A stretch of 64,000 nucleotides of DNA from Candidatus Bipolaricaulota bacterium (GTDB lineage Bacteria; Bipolaricaulota; Bipolaricaulia; UBA7950; UBA9294). Position numbers and translations under genes: made by a program. This document shows positions 49,276 to 58,237 of the stretch, in pieces. The DNA lies in the NCBI GenBank assembly GCA_028277345.1, contig JANQGM010000026.1, forward strand, positions 76,998 to 140,997, written 5' to 3'. Positions within the stretch are counted from its first letter, which is position 1, and each line of letters begins with the position of its first letter. Under the pieces are notes generated by a model. The model saw nothing but the letters and a program-made list of their open reading frames with translations, did no database searches and was not told where the DNA came from.

Positions 49276-49446
49276 CTATCCCTTCTTCTCTTCTCGATCG
49301 AGATATTCGAGAATCGCTTCAACAACAAGGTAGTTGACCGAGCGATCGACCTTCTTACCCAACGCGATCAGTCGCTCGACAGGGCGATGCTGGATCTTGT
49401 TCTTGGGAACGTAGATGGAAATCTTGTCCAAAAGCTGCTTTGCCAC
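49276..49446 (-). CDS. Small ribbon-helix-helix-like protein (56 aa)
   Basis: SD GGAGG + GTG; strand KISIYVP then helices RL..LG...DRSVNYLVVEAILEYL; upstream TTGCGG-N17-TAGAAT. Confidence 0.7.
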   Translation of the reverse strand: MAKQLLDKISIYVPKNKIQHRPVERLIALGKKVDRSVNYLVVEAILEYLDREEKKG

Positions 49447-49512
49447 GTGTTCCTCCCCTCTTTGTATGACCAAATGATTCTAACAATCTCTGCTAGGAAC
49501 CGCAATCTGCTG

Positions 49513-50611
49513 TCAACTTTCAGAAGAGGATGTGGCGCTTTCAAGATAGGCTTCGACAAACCCGGTCAGTTCGCCATCCAACACGGCCTCCACGTTTCCC
49601 GTCTCGTGGTTGGTGCGATGATCCTTGACCATCTGATAGGGGTGGAGCACGTACGACCGGATCTGGCTCCCCCATTCGTTATCTTTCAATTCGCCTTGGA
49701 TTTCCTCCAACTGTTGGGCTTGTTGATGGCGTAGGATCTCATTCAACCGCGCGCTGAGAATTCGCATCGCTGTATCTTTGTTCTGATGTTGCGATCGTTC
49801 GTTTTGGCATGATACCGCAATTCCGGTCGGAAGGTGGGTAATGCGCACGGCGGAGTCGGTGACATTGACGTGCTGCCCTCCGGCGCCCGATGCGCGATAC
49901 GTGTCGATTCGCAGATCCTTGGGGTCGATCTCAAAGGTCGTTTCCTCAACAACGGGGATCACCGATACCGCGGTGAACGACGTATGTCGACGATGCGCGG
50001 AATCGAACGGTGACAGTCGGACCAAACGGTGAACGCCCTGCTCTCCCTTCAGGTTGCCATAAGCGTACGTTCCCTTGATCTCGAGCATGGCCGAGCGGAT
50101 GCCGGCCGTATCGCCGGGGCTGGCTTCGAGCAACGCCGCCTTCCATCCCTTTCGCTCGCAGAATCGACCATACATGCGCAGCAGCATCTCCGCCCAGTCC
50201 TGAGAATCCGTGCCTCCCGCTCCGGCATTGATCGACAAATAGCAGTCACCAGCATCGTATTCCCCCGAGAAGGTCAGTTCGATCCGATACTCGCGAACCA
50301 CGCGTTCGAGCTCGGACACGCGCTGCGCCAACGCCGCCAGTTCGCCCTGATCATCCACTTCCAGTGCCATTTGATGAAGAAGATCGATGTCATCCAATTC
50401 CTCGGACAGCCGCTCGAATCGCTGCGCGGACGCCCGTTTGCGCTCCACACGTTGTGAGATGGTCGCCGCACGCTTGCGATCGTCCCAGAAACCCGGAGCC
50501 GCCATCTGCTGCTCAAGCAAAGAGATTTCCGCCGTTATCGTAGCCGGGTCAAAGGGAATCACCGATTCTCGCCAAGGCTTGGCGCAGTTGTGCAAGCTGT
50601 TCCGTATACAT
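49513..50611 (-). CDS. prfB: Peptide chain release factor 2 with programmed +1 frameshift
   Basis: SPF and GGQ motifs; 20-codon ORF0 (MYTEQ...GDSL) ends at CTT-TGA-C (50554..50548). Confidence 0.97.
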
Positions 50612-50727
50612 CGTAGGCTCTTTATACGAGGCATCATACGAATCCTCAAGCACAGCGGCGAGGAACGCCGCTTCGCGGTACTATCCAGAGCGTCAGACGT
50701 AAGAAGAGAGCTTTAAAGGAGGTCTGG

Positions 50728-50997
50728 ATGAAAAACGAAAAGACGCGAACCGAGGAGTTCAGCTTGAATGGTGAAGACCTCGTATCCACGGTAAAGGAGC
50801 TGGTCCGCCAGGGCAACATTCGCCGAATTACGATTCAGAACAAAGATGGCAAGAACCTACTGGAGATCTCTCTGACGCTTGGCGTCGTGGGGGCCCTACT
50901 CCTTCCAACCCTCGCGGCTCTAGGCGCATTGGCCGCACTCGTGACCGAGTGTACGATCGTTGTCGAGCGGATCGACGACACCACAAAGGCGTCATGA
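50728..50997 (+). CDS. DUF4342-like small protein
   Basis: EEF...G.DLV..VKEL...GN.RRI.I, followed by a hydrophobic C-half; SD AAGGAGG. Confidence 0.8.
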   Translation: MKNEKTRTEEFSLNGEDLVSTVKELVRQGNIRRITIQNKDGKNLLEISLTLGVVGALLLPTLAALGALAALVTECTIVVERIDDTTKAS

Positions 50998-51320
50998 GCT
51001 TCTTTCGGATCCCAGCGCTGCCCGCGTCCGACATGCTTCCAGGCATCGAGCGCCGCGCCGTTTGGCAACAGGGTGTTATGCTCACGTTCTTCACGTTTCA
51101 ACCGCATGCCATCGTGCCCGAGCATGATCACGAGAACGAACAGATTACCGTCGTCACGCGTGGCGCCATGGAATTCACGCTCGGAGAGGAAACGCGAACG
51201 CTCCATGCAGGCGATGGGGTGTGCATTCCTCCGAATCAACCTCACAGTGCTCGCATTCTCGATGAAATCACCGAAGCCTATGATGCGTGGTCTCCTCCAC
51301 GGGATGACTACAAGGCCTAA
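50994..51320 (+). CDS. Cupin domain protein
   Basis: P.H.H..EQ, L..GD...IPPN.PH, SPPR.DY. Confidence 0.9.
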   Translation: MSFFRIPALPASDMLPGIERRAVWQQGVMLTFFTFQPHAIVPEHDHENEQITVVTRGAMEFTLGEETRTLHAGDGVCIPPNQPHSARILDEITEAYDAWSPPRDDYKA

Positions 51321-51389
51321 GGACGATCACCGTATCCCTGTGAGAGACATTCCGCGCAAACGGCATCCCTGTCGACAGTGTACGCCGAT

Positions 51390-52574
51390 TCAGTCAACGC
51401 CATAGCGCAGCAAAACCGCATCGAACATGTCTCCCGAGCGAAGCAGATACTTGAAGCCTGGGATCAAGTAGCTCCCGTCTTCCAAGGCGAGCACCGAAAA
51501 GCCCCCATAAATGACGGTATCCGGCCCCGCGGTCCTTCGGCGCAAGACGATGCCGGATTCCGTAAATTCGAGAATGGGAAATCCGGGGCCAAGTCCCGCC
51601 ACGACGAACTTGCCGTCGGATTCCTCGGACATGGCAATTCCATAGTCATCGGCATATTGGCTGCCTTCGGCCAGACTCCATTGCAGTTCGCCCGTCGCCC
51701 CATCAACGCGTGCGAGCCAGAAATCAAAGACCGATGTGCTCAATGAAAGTTTCTCCGACAATCCCGCGATGACGATATCCCCATCCGATGTCCAGGACAT
51801 GGCATCGCCCGCCTGCTTATCCGCCCCGCGATAGAGGACGCTCCACAATTCGTCGCCATTGCGATCCAACCGAAAGAGGCGTGAGTCTCGGTAAGCACCT
51901 GAACTGCCCCCGGCATAGGAAACAACAGCAAGCACGAGAAGCTCGCCATTCGCCGCTTCCAGCGCCGCTGTTCCCGATTCATTGTGCCCCATATCCAATG
52001 TCGTTTCCCAGACTTCATTCCCTTCCGAATCCAAACGGATCACATACACATCAAAACTATCCGTGAAGGAGTTGGTTTCGCCGATCAGAAGGAATCCGCC
52101 ATCCTCAAGTGCCACAAGGTCCTTGGCCCATTCCGTCCCAGCCCCTCCATAGGTCCATTCCTGAAGAAGCTCGCCCTGCTCGTCCACGCGCAGCACGTAG
52201 AGATCGCGTCCGCCTTCGCCAAACGACTCCGTTTCACCGAGAATGAGATAGCCGCCGTCCACGGTCGGTTCAAGATAGAGACCTTGGTCATGAGCCTCCC
52301 GGCCATGGCGTTTTTCCCACACAATGTCGCCATCCATAGACAACTCGGCGATGAGCACCTCGCCGAGGCGCGTCGAAGACTGGGAGTGATATGTCGCTCC
52401 TGTGACCAGTACGCGGTCGCCATCCACTTGAACGATGTCGAAGAAGGCGCCATAGGCCGTTCCCTCGTAGGTACGAATCCAGTCATTCGACTCTTGAGCG
52501 ACTCCAAAGAGAGACAGTGTCACAACCACGGTAAGTATAAGCGACCACATCATGCGGCATCGGCTCTGCTTCAT
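51390..52574 (-). CDS. Secreted beta-propeller-like repeat protein
   Basis: Signal peptide; repeats DGG.L..GET.SF...D.YV.R.D..G...W. Confidence 0.8.
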   Translation of the reverse strand: MKQSRCRMMWSLILTVVVTLSLFGVAQESNDWIRTYEGTAYGAFFDIVQVDGDRVLVTGATYHSQSSTRLGEVLIAELSMDGDIVWEKRHGREAHDQGLYLEPTVDGGYLILGETESFGEGGRDLYVLRVDEQGELLQEWTYGGAGTEWAKDLVALEDGGFLLIGETNSFTDSFDVYVIRLDSEGNEVWETTLDMGHNESGTAALEAANGELLVLAVVSYAGGSSGAYRDSRLFRLDRNGDELWSVLYRGADKQAGDAMSWTSDGDIVIAGLSEKLSLSTSVFDFWLARVDGATGELQWSLAEGSQYADDYGIAMSEESDGKFVVAGLGPGFPILEFTESGIVLRRRTAGPDTVIYGGFSVLALEDGSYLIPGFKYLLRSGDMFDAVLLRYGVD

Positions 52575-52787
52575 GAAGGTTCTCCTTTTCTAACCCAGAC
52601 CACGTATCACCACGCTCGTTTATCCTCTATTCTCGCCATCGCCTCAACATCTCAGCGACACAAGTGACATCACATCGTTTTCACTCTCAACAACGTATGG
52701 ACGATATACTTGGCATCGTCTACACACCACCCTATCGGACGAAAGTGAGCACGTTGTGTGCGCGAGAAAAGGCAAGGGAGTTCGTTG

Positions 52788-53105
52788 ATGGCTGCACAGT
52801 ATTTGTATCGCATCCAGCCGACCCGTGAAGGGTTCTTGATCGAAAGCACGCCTGAAGAAGACGCCATCGTCAGCAACCACTTTGCCTATCTGAAGGAACT
52901 GACAACTCAGGGAGTCGTTCTGCTGGCTGGGCGCACGTTGACGACTGACGCGTCGAGCCACGGGCTCGTCATCCTTATCGCCGATTCAGAGGATGAGGCA
53001 AGGGCGATCATGGAAAAGGATCCCGCCGTTATGGCCAGCGTCTTCAGAGCCGAGCTCTTTCCCTTTGGCGTTGCGTTGGCTGGAGAGGGGCTGCTCTCTC
53101 TGTAG
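52788..53105 (+). CDS. YciI-like protein
   Basis: HF.YL..L...G..LLAGR, GL.IL.ADSE.EA..IM..DP. Confidence 0.85.
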   Translation: MAAQYLYRIQPTREGFLIESTPEEDAIVSNHFAYLKELTTQGVVLLAGRTLTTDASSHGLVILIADSEDEARAIMEKDPAVMASVFRAELFPFGVALAGEGLLSL

Positions 53106-53161
53106 CACATGGTCCCGCCCTCAACCTTCATCGCATCGACATCGGAGACTCTGCTCATCAG

Positions 53162-53251
53162 TCAGTCGCTCATTCTCATCCGATGCTCCACATCCCTCTC
53201 ATCGTCCAACCACGTCTTCTTCACGCCGATGTTCGATAATGGACTACGCAT
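53162..53251 (-). CDS. Putative 29-aa small protein MRSPLSNIGVKKTWLDDERDVEHRMRMSD
   Basis: SD AAGGAGGT 7 nt before ATG, in an otherwise empty gap. Confidence 0.35.
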   Translation of the reverse strand: MRSPLSNIGVKKTWLDDERDVEHRMRMSD

Positions 53252-53282
53252 CTGGCCAACCTCCTTGGCCAGTCTCCGGACC

Positions 53283-53307
53283 AAAGAAGGCCCCTGCTGG
53301 GGCCTTT
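53283..53307 (-). terminator. Intrinsic terminator of the Cys-rich PKD gene
   Basis: Minus strand AAGGCCCC-AGCA-GGGGCCTT-CTTT. Confidence 0.7.
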
Positions 53308-53335
53308 CGCTTGGATTGAGACAACTCAATCGGGA

Positions 53336-54328
53336 TTAACCGGGATCCGTGTTCCTGATCTTAATTCGAATCTGGTCGTAGCTTCGCCCCTGAGCTGTAT
53401 CGTAAACAATGAGGCTAATTGTCACCGTTTCGCCTTCAAGACGATCGGACTCAGGAGCATGGTAGATAGGCGTTAACGTGTTTGCATTTTCCAGCCAGCC
53501 CTTGCTCACAGACCAAGCGTAGCAGACCGATTGACATGCGGGATTTCGGATATACCCCACCAAGGGGATGGAGCTTGTTTCGTTGATCTCCCTAGGGAAT
53601 TGACGTCCAATCGACGGTTTCGCCCGATCTTTCGGATGCCCGGGCTGCTCGTCAAAAGGCCACCCTGTCTGCCAGGGTTCGGTACAGTCCGACTCCTCGA
53701 CGCACGGGCATGGAACAGGCAATTCAGGGCATCCGTCATCAACGGGGACGTCGGTCATACAAGGCGCATCGCATGGCTCGGACGGCTCCGCCGGACACAT
53801 CGCTTCGGCGCCGTTGTCCGCGCACGTATCGATCGGCATCGTGACATAGTACCCGCTCGATTCGTAGGTCGGAACAGGGCACGCCAGCGGATCACGCACC
53901 GTGACAATCATCTGATCGAAAACACGCTCTCCAGCTTCCGACGTCACGGTTAGGGTGAGAACGACGGCGTCATCACAGTCACACGCCGAGGGCGCCGTAT
54001 ACTTCGTCACCGGTGCGTGCGCATTCTCGAAGAATCCCAGTCCGCCCTCTGCGGTCCACAAGTAAGTCACCGCACGACCGCTGGGATCGTATCCTTCGCC
54101 AGAGAGCTCAATGGTCTCGCGCTCTCCCACAGTTCGATCGAGACCTGCATGGACGACGGGAGGGGCCGCAGTATGAGGTGTCGGAGCGAGAACAAGCGAT
54201 GTTCCTGGAGCACGAGCAACAACGGGCTCAGGTGCCGCTTGCTCGCCCGATCCCAACAACAACAGCAACGCCAGGAGGGCGACACCGACCCCCGCAATAA
54301 TCAGAATGGTTGAATTGCCATTAGCCAT
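53336..54328 (-). CDS. Membrane-anchored protein with two PKD/REJ-like Ig domains and a Cys/Pro-rich linker
   Basis: N-terminal TM; P.V.AG.D..V.E...I.L.G...DP....Y.W; numerous Cys; SD GGAGG. Confidence 0.7.
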   Translation of the reverse strand: MANGNSTILIIAGVGVALLALLLLLGSGEQAAPEPVVARAPGTSLVLAPTPHTAAPPVVHAGLDRTVGERETIELSGEGYDPSGRAVTYLWTAEGGLGFFENAHAPVTKYTAPSACDCDDAVVLTLTVTSEAGERVFDQMIVTVRDPLACPVPTYESSGYYVTMPIDTCADNGAEAMCPAEPSEPCDAPCMTDVPVDDGCPELPVPCPCVEESDCTEPWQTGWPFDEQPGHPKDRAKPSIGRQFPREINETSSIPLVGYIRNPACQSVCYAWSVSKGWLENANTLTPIYHAPESDRLEGETVTISLIVYDTAQGRSYDQIRIKIRNTDPG

Positions 54329-54469
54329 GCTTTCGCCTCCCAAAGCGTTCTCAAACCGAGATGAGGTCCAGCCCATCTCCAGCCTCACGCTACCCGCTTG
54401 ACCCTTCCGGCGACACAGCGCATGTCTCTCTCCAGTGCGTCATTTGTCGCCTAGCCAGAGGGCTTACGG

Positions 54470-54498
54470 TTGACGCCTTCGATCCGATGAACTAGAGT
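54470..54498 (+). promoter_or_regulatory. sigma70 promoter of rsmI
   Basis: TTGACG-N17-TAGAGT. Confidence 0.6.
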
Positions 54499-54515
54499 CG
54501 CTGCGAGGAGACACC

Positions 54516-55370
54516 ATGAGCGGAACGCTGTATCTGGTTTCAACCCCCATCGGCAATCTCGCGGATATGACACTACGCGCTGTTGACGTCCTTCGTTCGG
54601 TTGATTTCATCCTCGCCGAGGACACACGCACCTCCTTGCGCATCCTTCAGCATTACGATGTCCAAACTCCGTTTTTCTCCTCGGTGTATCAGGGAGCTGA
54701 GCGCCAACGCATCGCCTCCATCCTCGATCTACTTGGCAGCGGCAAGCAGCTCGCCTTGATTTCCGATGCCGGAACGCCGCTGATCTCCGATCCGGGCTAT
54801 CCCACCGTGCGGGCCGTAATCGAAGGTGGATTCGCCGTTGTTCCAGTTCCCGGCGCGTGTGCAGCGCTTGCCGGATTGTCGGCATCCGGATTTCCGACCG
54901 ATCGGTTCCGATTCTTGGGATCGCTTCCCCGAGGCCGCGGAGCACGGCTCAGTCTCTTTGAATCGTTGGCCGGCGTCCGCGAGACCTGCATTGCTTACGA
55001 ATCCTGCCATCGGATCATGGATTCGTTGCAGATTCTCGACGCCGTGCTTCCCGATCGCCCGATCGCCGTGGCTCGGGAACTGACCAAGGTGCATGAGGAA
55101 GTCTTGCGCGGAACGGCCTCCGATATCCACGCCCTTCTCGCTACGCGGGAAGGGATCAAGGGAGAATTCGTCCTCCTCATTCGCGGCAGCGAGCACGAGC
55201 TCTCCCTCGATCGTACGCTGGTTAACCAGGTTTTCGCAGCGCTTCGGGAGGAAGACCTTCCCAACAAGACGATCGCTAAAATCCTCTCCAAGGGACTGGG
55301 CATGGCGCGAAACGATGCCTACACCCTCGTTCATCGCTCCTCCGACAATGAATCGGCGGAGAAGAACTAG
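54516..55370 (+). CDS. rsmI: 16S rRNA (C1402-2'-O)-methyltransferase
   Basis: LYLV.TPIGNL.D.T.RA, AEDTR, SDAG.P.ISDPG, ARELTK.HEE, KGEFV. Confidence 0.97.
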   Translation: MSGTLYLVSTPIGNLADMTLRAVDVLRSVDFILAEDTRTSLRILQHYDVQTPFFSSVYQGAERQRIASILDLLGSGKQLALISDAGTPLISDPGYPTVRAVIEGGFAVVPVPGACAALAGLSASGFPTDRFRFLGSLPRGRGARLSLFESLAGVRETCIAYESCHRIMDSLQILDAVLPDRPIAVARELTKVHEEVLRGTASDIHALLATREGIKGEFVLLIRGSEHELSLDRTLVNQVFAALREEDLPNKTIAKILSKGLGMARNDAYTLVHRSSDNESAEKN

Positions 55371-55387
55371 GCGGATTCGTCGCGAAT

Positions 55388-55867
55388 TCAGGTGTGCTTG
55401 TCCGCAACCGCGGAGGCCGCGTAGGCGTAAGGTTTGATACGAACGGCGAGGCCATTGCCAATGATCATTCCGACGACTTCGTCAATGAGCTCCTTCGTTC
55501 GCCCGTTCTCGCCGATATCCACATGGATCTCCAAGTTGAATTGAAGGAGAGATTCGGACTCCAGTCGCTTCATCACATGCTGAGAGAGCTCGAACGAAAG
55601 CCACGCCTCCCGCCAAATCTGATGCCGGAGGGATGCCGTCTTTCGCTCTCGTTTCCGCGTCCAAAAGTACCGGCCGCCCTTGCCGACGGTATGCAAGACG
55701 ATGGCGCTCACGAGATCGATGTGGTTCGTCGTCGATGATGAATCCGTTCCGATCAGCAGCTCAAACTGCTGGCCGGGCTGCCCCTCCATCACATTGACGA
55801 GCGTTTTAATCACATCATCAAACGTCATTCGGCCTTCACTGGGATTGTAGAACGTTTGATCGAGCAT
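55388..55867 (-). CDS. RNase H-like YkuK (DUF458) family protein
   Basis: IGTDS, VGKGG.YF, EIHVDIG.NG.T, IKP.AYAAS.VADKHT. Confidence 0.88.
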   Translation of the reverse strand: MLDQTFYNPSEGRMTFDDVIKTLVNVMEGQPGQQFELLIGTDSSSTTNHIDLVSAIVLHTVGKGGRYFWTRKRERKTASLRHQIWREAWLSFELSQHVMKRLESESLLQFNLEIHVDIGENGRTKELIDEVVGMIIGNGLAVRIKPYAYAASAVADKHT

Positions 55868-55898
55868 GCCCCATCCTAGCGTCAGGCGGGCGAGAAGA

Positions 55899-57323
55899 TC
55901 AACTCAAGGGCAGCCGCATCGTAAACCGTGCCCCTCCTGTCGTCCGATTCCCCGCTTCGATGGTGCCCCCATGGGCTTCCACCCACTGCTTCACAATGGC
56001 GAGTCCAAGGCCGCTGCCCGCCGAGCGCCCTCTGGCCGGATCCGCTCGGTAGAACCGTTCGAACAGATGCGGAAGATCCTCGCGATCGATGCCCGGCCCC
56101 GTATCTTCGACAGTGAGCTCGACATCGCCGTTCAGGCGGCGCGCGCGAATGTAGACGTCGCGGTCTTGAGGCGTATACCGGATGGCATTGGACAATAGGT
56201 TGGCAATAACTTGGCGGAACCGTTTGCTATCCAGGGGAACCTTCGGCAAGGAAGCTGGCAGATCGAGATGGAGGTTGGGCGCATGCTCGCGTGAGAGGAA
56301 CGCGGTCTCCGCCACTTGCTGAACGAGCTCCGGGAGGTCAACGGGTGCCTTCTCCAGGCGCAGCTCTCCGGCTTCCGCCAAGGCCAGATCCCGCAGGTCA
56401 TCGATCAACCGCCCCAAATGCAACGTTTCTTCATAGATGGGGACGATCGATTCTTCGGAGGCCTCGTAGATGCCGTCGAGGATTGCTTCGAGCGTTCCTT
56501 GGATGATGGTGACCGGCGTTCGCAGTTCGTGGGCAATATCCGCCGTCATCGTCTGCCGAACGGTTTCCGACACCCGCAAACTTTCCAACATGTGATTAAA
56601 CGAGTCGCCAAGCTGGCCCAACTCGTCATGCGTCTTCAGCCGCACTTGCTCCGGCATGTCACCTTCGGCCAAGCTCTCCGTTGCTCGCGACAAGGCACGA
56701 AGCGGACGAAGGATTTGAACGATGAGAACTGTGGACAAGAAGAGCGCCAAGGCGATGGCAATGCCTCCTCCAATTAGCGCGGACCGGCTGACAGCTGACA
56801 AGAAGACCTGCTCGGATGGCCCCATCACATCGGCATCGCGGACGACAAGAACTCCCTCTCTCTGGCCATTGACCACAATGGGGATTCCATCTGAAAAATC
56901 CTCCATCAGTTCCTGCTGAGAGAGAACAATCGATTCGTTGGGACCTAAGTCCCTCAGCAACTGCTGTTCACGGGCCCAGTCAAGGATGTTGGTCGTAATG
57001 ACGACACCATTTGCCTCAATCAGAATGAAGGGCACATCCACCATCCAGTCGGAGCCCTCAATCCCGTACTCGCCAACGGGGATGTAGACCTCACGCTGCA
57101 GAAGGGTTGGAATGATCCCATCCCACGTGCCGTTAGCAGATCGGTAATGCGCAAGTTGTTCCGCCAACTGCTCGGCAAGTGCGGTTTGCTTCTCTCGGCT
57201 GTATTCGCTGAACTGTCGCGCAATCGACCAGGCGGTCAAGGAATAGACGAGGGCGACGGCAAGCAGAATAACCAAGACAAACGAAACGCCGAGCTTTGCT
57301 GCTAGCGGAATGCGTCGCCGCAT
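55899..57323 (-). CDS. HAMP sensor histidine kinase (BaeS-like)
   Basis: 2 TM, HAMP, DIAHELRTP, NLL.NA.RY, D.GPGI, FERFYR.D, GSGLGLAI. Confidence 0.95.
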   Translation of the reverse strand: MRRRIPLAAKLGVSFVLVILLAVALVYSLTAWSIARQFSEYSREKQTALAEQLAEQLAHYRSANGTWDGIIPTLLQREVYIPVGEYGIEGSDWMVDVPFILIEANGVVITTNILDWAREQQLLRDLGPNESIVLSQQELMEDFSDGIPIVVNGQREGVLVVRDADVMGPSEQVFLSAVSRSALIGGGIAIALALFLSTVLIVQILRPLRALSRATESLAEGDMPEQVRLKTHDELGQLGDSFNHMLESLRVSETVRQTMTADIAHELRTPVTIIQGTLEAILDGIYEASEESIVPIYEETLHLGRLIDDLRDLALAEAGELRLEKAPVDLPELVQQVAETAFLSREHAPNLHLDLPASLPKVPLDSKRFRQVIANLLSNAIRYTPQDRDVYIRARRLNGDVELTVEDTGPGIDREDLPHLFERFYRADPARGRSAGSGLGLAIVKQWVEAHGGTIEAGNRTTGGARFTMRLPLS

Positions 57324-58007
57324 CTAGGACTCCCGCGCGAATCGGTATCCAACGCCGTGGACAGTCAGAATGTAGTGCGGGTTCTTGGGGTCGGACTCGA
57401 TCTTGCGACGCAGGTTCTTGACATGCGTATCGATCGTTCGAGCGAAGGAATCGTACGTATACCCTTGAACCTCTCGCAGCAGCTGCAATCGGGTGAAGAC
57501 TTGCCCGGGATGCCGGGCCAGATAGGCGAGCAAATCGAATTCCGTCGGCGTCAACTCGATATCCCGTCCTTCAACCTTCAGTTCGCGCGTCTTGAGATCG
57601 ATCTCGAGGTCGCCCACGACGATGCGCTCCACTTCGGCGCCTTCGCCTTCAAACCGGCGCAGCACCGCGCGGATGCGCGCCACGAGCTCGCGAGGACTGA
57701 ACGGCTTAACGACGTAATCGTCGGCGCCAAGTTCAAGGCCGACAACGCGATCGGCCTCGGCGGCCTTGGCCGTGAGCATGATGATGGGAACGGAAGACTT
57801 GGTGCGAATCGACCGGCAGACCTCAATCCCGCTGACCTTGGGAAGCATGAGATCGAGAACGATGAGATCGGGCCCCTTGTCATCGAACGCTCGCAGGGCT
57901 TCCTCGCCATCAAACGCCGTGTAGGTCTTGAAACCTTCCCGATCCAAATACGCCTTGACCGTCCGAACAATCATTTCCTCGTCGTCAACGATGAGAATTC
58001 GTTTCAT
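57324..58007 (-). CDS. OmpR-family response regulator
   Basis: ILIVDDE, LDLMLP, GADDY..KPFSPREL, LTPTEF.LL, RTID.H.KNLR.K, TV.GVGY. Confidence 0.96.
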   Translation of the reverse strand: MKRILIVDDEEMIVRTVKAYLDREGFKTYTAFDGEEALRAFDDKGPDLIVLDLMLPKVSGIEVCRSIRTKSSVPIIMLTAKAAEADRVVGLELGADDYVVKPFSPRELVARIRAVLRRFEGEGAEVERIVVGDLEIDLKTRELKVEGRDIELTPTEFDLLAYLARHPGQVFTRLQLLREVQGYTYDSFARTIDTHVKNLRRKIESDPKNPHYILTVHGVGYRFARES

Positions 58008-58173
58008 AGTGATCCACAGTCCTCTGTCGTGATTCCTCAAAGAGGCGTGGATGCATACCTGCACCCCCGCCCACCTTTAAAGGTCGCCACTCTCCATCGT
58101 ACAGTTTCTGGGAAAAAAGTGAAGATCTTGCGAGAACGGCGTGAAGTTTCGACGGGATCGGGCCGGATCGGAA

Positions 58174-58202
58174 TTGCTTTCCACTCAGACGGCAACTACC
58201 AT
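58174..58202 (+). promoter_or_regulatory. sigma70 promoter upstream of the DRTGG gene
   Basis: TTGCTT-N17-TACCAT. Confidence 0.55.
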
Positions 58203-58237
58203 GTGGCCATGCGCCGAAACTCGTGCCCATCGATCCC

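Noticed and set aside
53120-53165. Hammerhead core CTGATGAG on the minus strand, and UGA readthrough into ORF 52907..53158
   Set aside because: No GAAA after the putative stem II; readthrough would run antisense through yciI, and no SECIS is evident
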